This document shows, piece after piece, positions 58,636 through 61,082 of a stretch of 61,082 nt of DNA. Under the pieces are notes generated by a model. The model searched no databases, was not told the origin of the DNA, and saw nothing but the letters and a program-made list of their open reading frames with translations. Positions within the stretch are counted from its first letter, which is position 1. Each line of letters starts with the position of its first letter. Origin of the DNA: Deltaproteobacteria bacterium (GTDB lineage Bacteria > Desulfobacterota > Dissulfuribacteria > Dissulfuribacterales > QOAL01); the NCBI GenBank assembly GCA_027067775.1, contig JAMOVK010000019.1, positions 1-61,082 of the forward strand, given 5' to 3'. The translations under genes and the position numbers were made by a program.

Positions 58636-60537
58636 GTGTCAACCGGGTATGATTCTCAAATTCAGGCCCTAACCAAGATCAGCCAAAAGATAGAGCCTCC
58701 CCAGCGTGTTAAGGACGAGGCCTTTATAAAAGATTATGACTCTGTCTACGCCTACTCCATTAGGGACCCTGAAGGTTTCTGGGGACAGATCGCCTCTGAA
58801 CTCCAGTGGTTTGAACCCTGGACCAAGGTCAGGGAGATAGATATTCCAAATCACAAGTGGTTTGTTGATGGAAAGACAAACATTACCCTCAACGCCCTTG
58901 ACCGTCATGCTGACTCGTGGAGACGCAACAAAGTAGCCTTCATATGGCTTTCAGAGGAAGGGGAAGAGCTGACTGCCACCTACGGTCAGTTAAGGGACAG
59001 GGTGAACCAGTTTGCCAATGCACTCAAATCAAAGGGAGTAAAAAAGGGGGACCGTGTTGTCATATACATGCCTCTCACCATTGAAGGGGCCATTGCCATG
59101 CTGGCATGTGCCAGGATTGGTGCCATACACTCGGTTGTCTACGCTGGAATGGGAGCAGGGGCTCTACGTTCACGTATAGAAGATTGCAGGGCAAAGGCAG
59201 TTGTATGTGCAGATGTAGGCTACAGAAGAGGCAAGGTGGTTCGCCTTAAGGCAGTGGTTGACGATGCCCTCCAGGGCCTAGAATATGTCGAAAGCGTAAT
59301 TGTTCTAAGGCGCCAGGAACCCAAGATAGAGCTAAGCGAATGGGAAGACGACTATTGGGAGCTGTTAAACAGCCAAAGCCATCGCTGTGCCCCTGAAGTA
59401 ATGGATTCCGAAGACCCTCTCTTTATCCTTTACACCTCTGGAACCACTGGCAAGCCCAAAGGGGTGGTGCATGTGCATGGAGGTTTTATGGTTGGTACAT
59501 ACTATCTGACCAGGGCCTTCTTTGACGTAAAGGACAAGGATGTCTATTGGTCTACCTCTGACATTGGCTGGATTGTTGGACATTCCTATATTGTCTATGG
59601 TCCCCTTGTTGCCGGGGCAACTGTTCTTATAAGGGAAGGGGCACCAGACTATCCACACCCGGGTGTGATCTGGGAAAAGGTCCAGAAGTATGGGGTCTCT
59701 GTAATGTTTACAGCACCAACCGCCCTTAGAATGTTCATGCGTTTTGGCAAGGAGCACATCGAAAAGTATGACCGATCCACCTTGAGGATCATCGCCTGTG
59801 CTGGAGAGCCATTGAATCCCGAGGCATGGAGCTTTGCCCAGGAGGTAATACTTGATAACAACGGTCACTGCATAGACAACTTCTGGCAGACAGAGGTGGC
59901 CTCACCCATCCTTGGCACCATGCCTTCCATGCCAAACAAGCCGGGTAGGTGCGGAAAGCCCATGCCTGGCGTTGTTGCAGACGTGGTGGATGAAAAGGGG
60001 AAGCCAGTGGCTGCAGGCAAGGGTGGCAACCTGATACTTCGTCAGCCCCTACCGTATATGATGAGAACCATATATGGAGATCCAAAACGTTACGAGGAAA
60101 TATGGAACGTCATACCTGGCACCTATTTCACAGGAGACGTGGCAGTGTGTGACGAAGAGGGATATTTCTCGGTTCTTGGCCGTTCGGACGATGTCTTGAA
60201 TGTTGCAGGCCATAGGATTGGAACCGCGGATGTAGAAAACGCCCTTGTAAGTCATCCTGCTGTGGCAGAGGCTGCTGCCATTGGACTGCCTGACCCGATA
60301 AAGGGTGAAAACATCAAGGTTTTCGTGGTGTTAAGGGCTGGAAAGGAGCCTTCTGATGGTCTTAAAAAGACCATAATCCAACATGTACGCCACGAGCTCG
60401 GCCCCATTGCAACCCCCAAAGAGGTAGAGTTTACAGACAAACTGCCCAAAACCCGATCAGGTAAAATAATGAGAAGGCTTCTCAAGGCCAAGGAACTTGG
60501 CCTTGAGCTTGGAGACACTTCCACCTTGGAAGACTAA
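58636..60537 (+). CDS. acs: Acetyl-CoA synthetase (AMP-forming)
   Basis: YTSGTTGKPKG, AGEPLNPE, DNFWQTE, KTRSGKIMRR. Likely start GTG 58636 (AAGGAGG RBS); the track uses 58615. Confidence 0.94.
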   Translation: MSTGYDSQIQALTKISQKIEPPQRVKDEAFIKDYDSVYAYSIRDPEGFWGQIASELQWFEPWTKVREIDIPNHKWFVDGKTNITLNALDRHADSWRRNKVAFIWLSEEGEELTATYGQLRDRVNQFANALKSKGVKKGDRVVIYMPLTIEGAIAMLACARIGAIHSVVYAGMGAGALRSRIEDCRAKAVVCADVGYRRGKVVRLKAVVDDALQGLEYVESVIVLRRQEPKIELSEWEDDYWELLNSQSHRCAPEVMDSEDPLFILYTSGTTGKPKGVVHVHGGFMVGTYYLTRAFFDVKDKDVYWSTSDIGWIVGHSYIVYGPLVAGATVLIREGAPDYPHPGVIWEKVQKYGVSVMFTAPTALRMFMRFGKEHIEKYDRSTLRIIACAGEPLNPEAWSFAQEVILDNNGHCIDNFWQTEVASPILGTMPSMPNKPGRCGKPMPGVVADVVDEKGKPVAAGKGGNLILRQPLPYMMRTIYGDPKRYEEIWNVIPGTYFTGDVAVCDEEGYFSVLGRSDDVLNVAGHRIGTADVENALVSHPAVAEAAAIGLPDPIKGENIKVFVVLRAGKEPSDGLKKTIIQHVRHELGPIATPKEVEFTDKLPKTRSGKIMRRLLKAKELGLELGDTSTLED

Positions 60538-60554
60538 ACCCAAAAGGAGGTTAC

Positions 60555-61082
60555 ATGCTACCTGCAAAGGCGGTTATACCGGTTGCCGGCCTTGGAACCA
60601 GATTTCTTCCGGCAACCAAGGTAATCCCCAAGGAAATGCTTACTGTGGTTGACAGACCAACCATCCAGTACATTGTAGAAGAGGTGGTTGCTTCAGGCAT
60701 TAAGGAGGTTGTGCTTGTTACGGCCTCCGGTAAGTCTGCCATTGAAGACCACTTTGACTACTCTTTTGAGCTTGAGACATTCCTGGCTCAAAAGGGCAAG
60801 CTAGATCTTTTAAACGAGGTCCGTCAGATCTCAAACCTTATTGAGGTTGTGTCTGTGCGGCAGAAAAGGCCACTTGGACTTGGCCATGCAGTGCATGTGA
60901 CAAAGCAGGTAGTTGGAGAACAGTCCTTTGTTGTCTGTCTAGGGGACGATCTAGTTGAAGCTGAAGAACCGTGCGTCTATCAGATGCTCAGGATATTTGA
61001 AAAGTATCAGGAGGCCGTGGTGGCTGTGCAGGAAGTGGAGGAACACGAGGTAGAGCGCTACGGCATTGTGGAAGGTGAAGAG
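60555..61082 (+). CDS. galU: UTP--glucose-1-phosphate uridylyltransferase, partial (runs off the right edge)
   Basis: Manual translation: MLPAKAVIPVAGLGTRFLPATKVIPKEMLTVVDRPTIQY...RQKRPLGLGHAV...LGDD; AAGGAGG RBS. Confidence 0.95.
   Translation, partial: MLPAKAVIPVAGLGTRFLPATKVIPKEMLTVVDRPTIQYIVEEVVASGIKEVVLVTASGKSAIEDHFDYSFELETFLAQKGKLDLLNEVRQISNLIEVVSVRQKRPLGLGHAVHVTKQVVGEQSFVVCLGDDLVEAEEPCVYQMLRIFEKYQEAVVAVQEVEEHEVERYGIVEGEE

Overview
A 61 kb window of mostly core chromosome from a bacterium. Gene order (plsX-fabH...fabG-acpP-fabF-rpiB-glyA-dCMP deaminase; gmhA next to a DHS-like gene; hemC-cobA/hemD fusion) suggests an anaerobic Desulfobacterota/deltaproteobacterium; this taxonomy is inferred, not checked. 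Left to right: a partial membrane-protein ORF; flagellar fliK-flgD-flgE; a ~1.1 kb intergenic region with two related ~190 nt hairpins; gmhA, a DHS-like gene, a zinc-ribbon gene, hemC, cobA/hemD and an atypical histidine kinase; a porin; rplU-rpmA-obgE-proB; a sigma54-type nitrogen cluster (amt-amt-glnB/K-glnD-glnA); an unannotated small ORF with an in-frame UGA and a SECIS-like hairpin; a secreted repeat protein; an arn-like envelope cluster; marC; a nucleosidase-GT2 / ParB-like / SPL-like radical SAM trio; a fatty-acid synthesis operon with acyl-CoA dehydrogenase-etfB-etfA where fabD usually sits; tatC, purQ, cutA, hisI, hisG, engB; a two-component / TonB-receptor / YfiR / kinase operon; a dCache-Schlafen(AlbA_2) membrane protein; acs; and partial galU. 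No tRNA, rRNA, CRISPR array or transposase was seen. The strongest leads are the candidate secreted micro-selenoprotein, the Acd/Etf block inside the FASII operon, the sensor-coupled Schlafen RNase, the paired hairpin elements and the radical SAM trio. All annotations come from reading motifs by eye; no database search was run.
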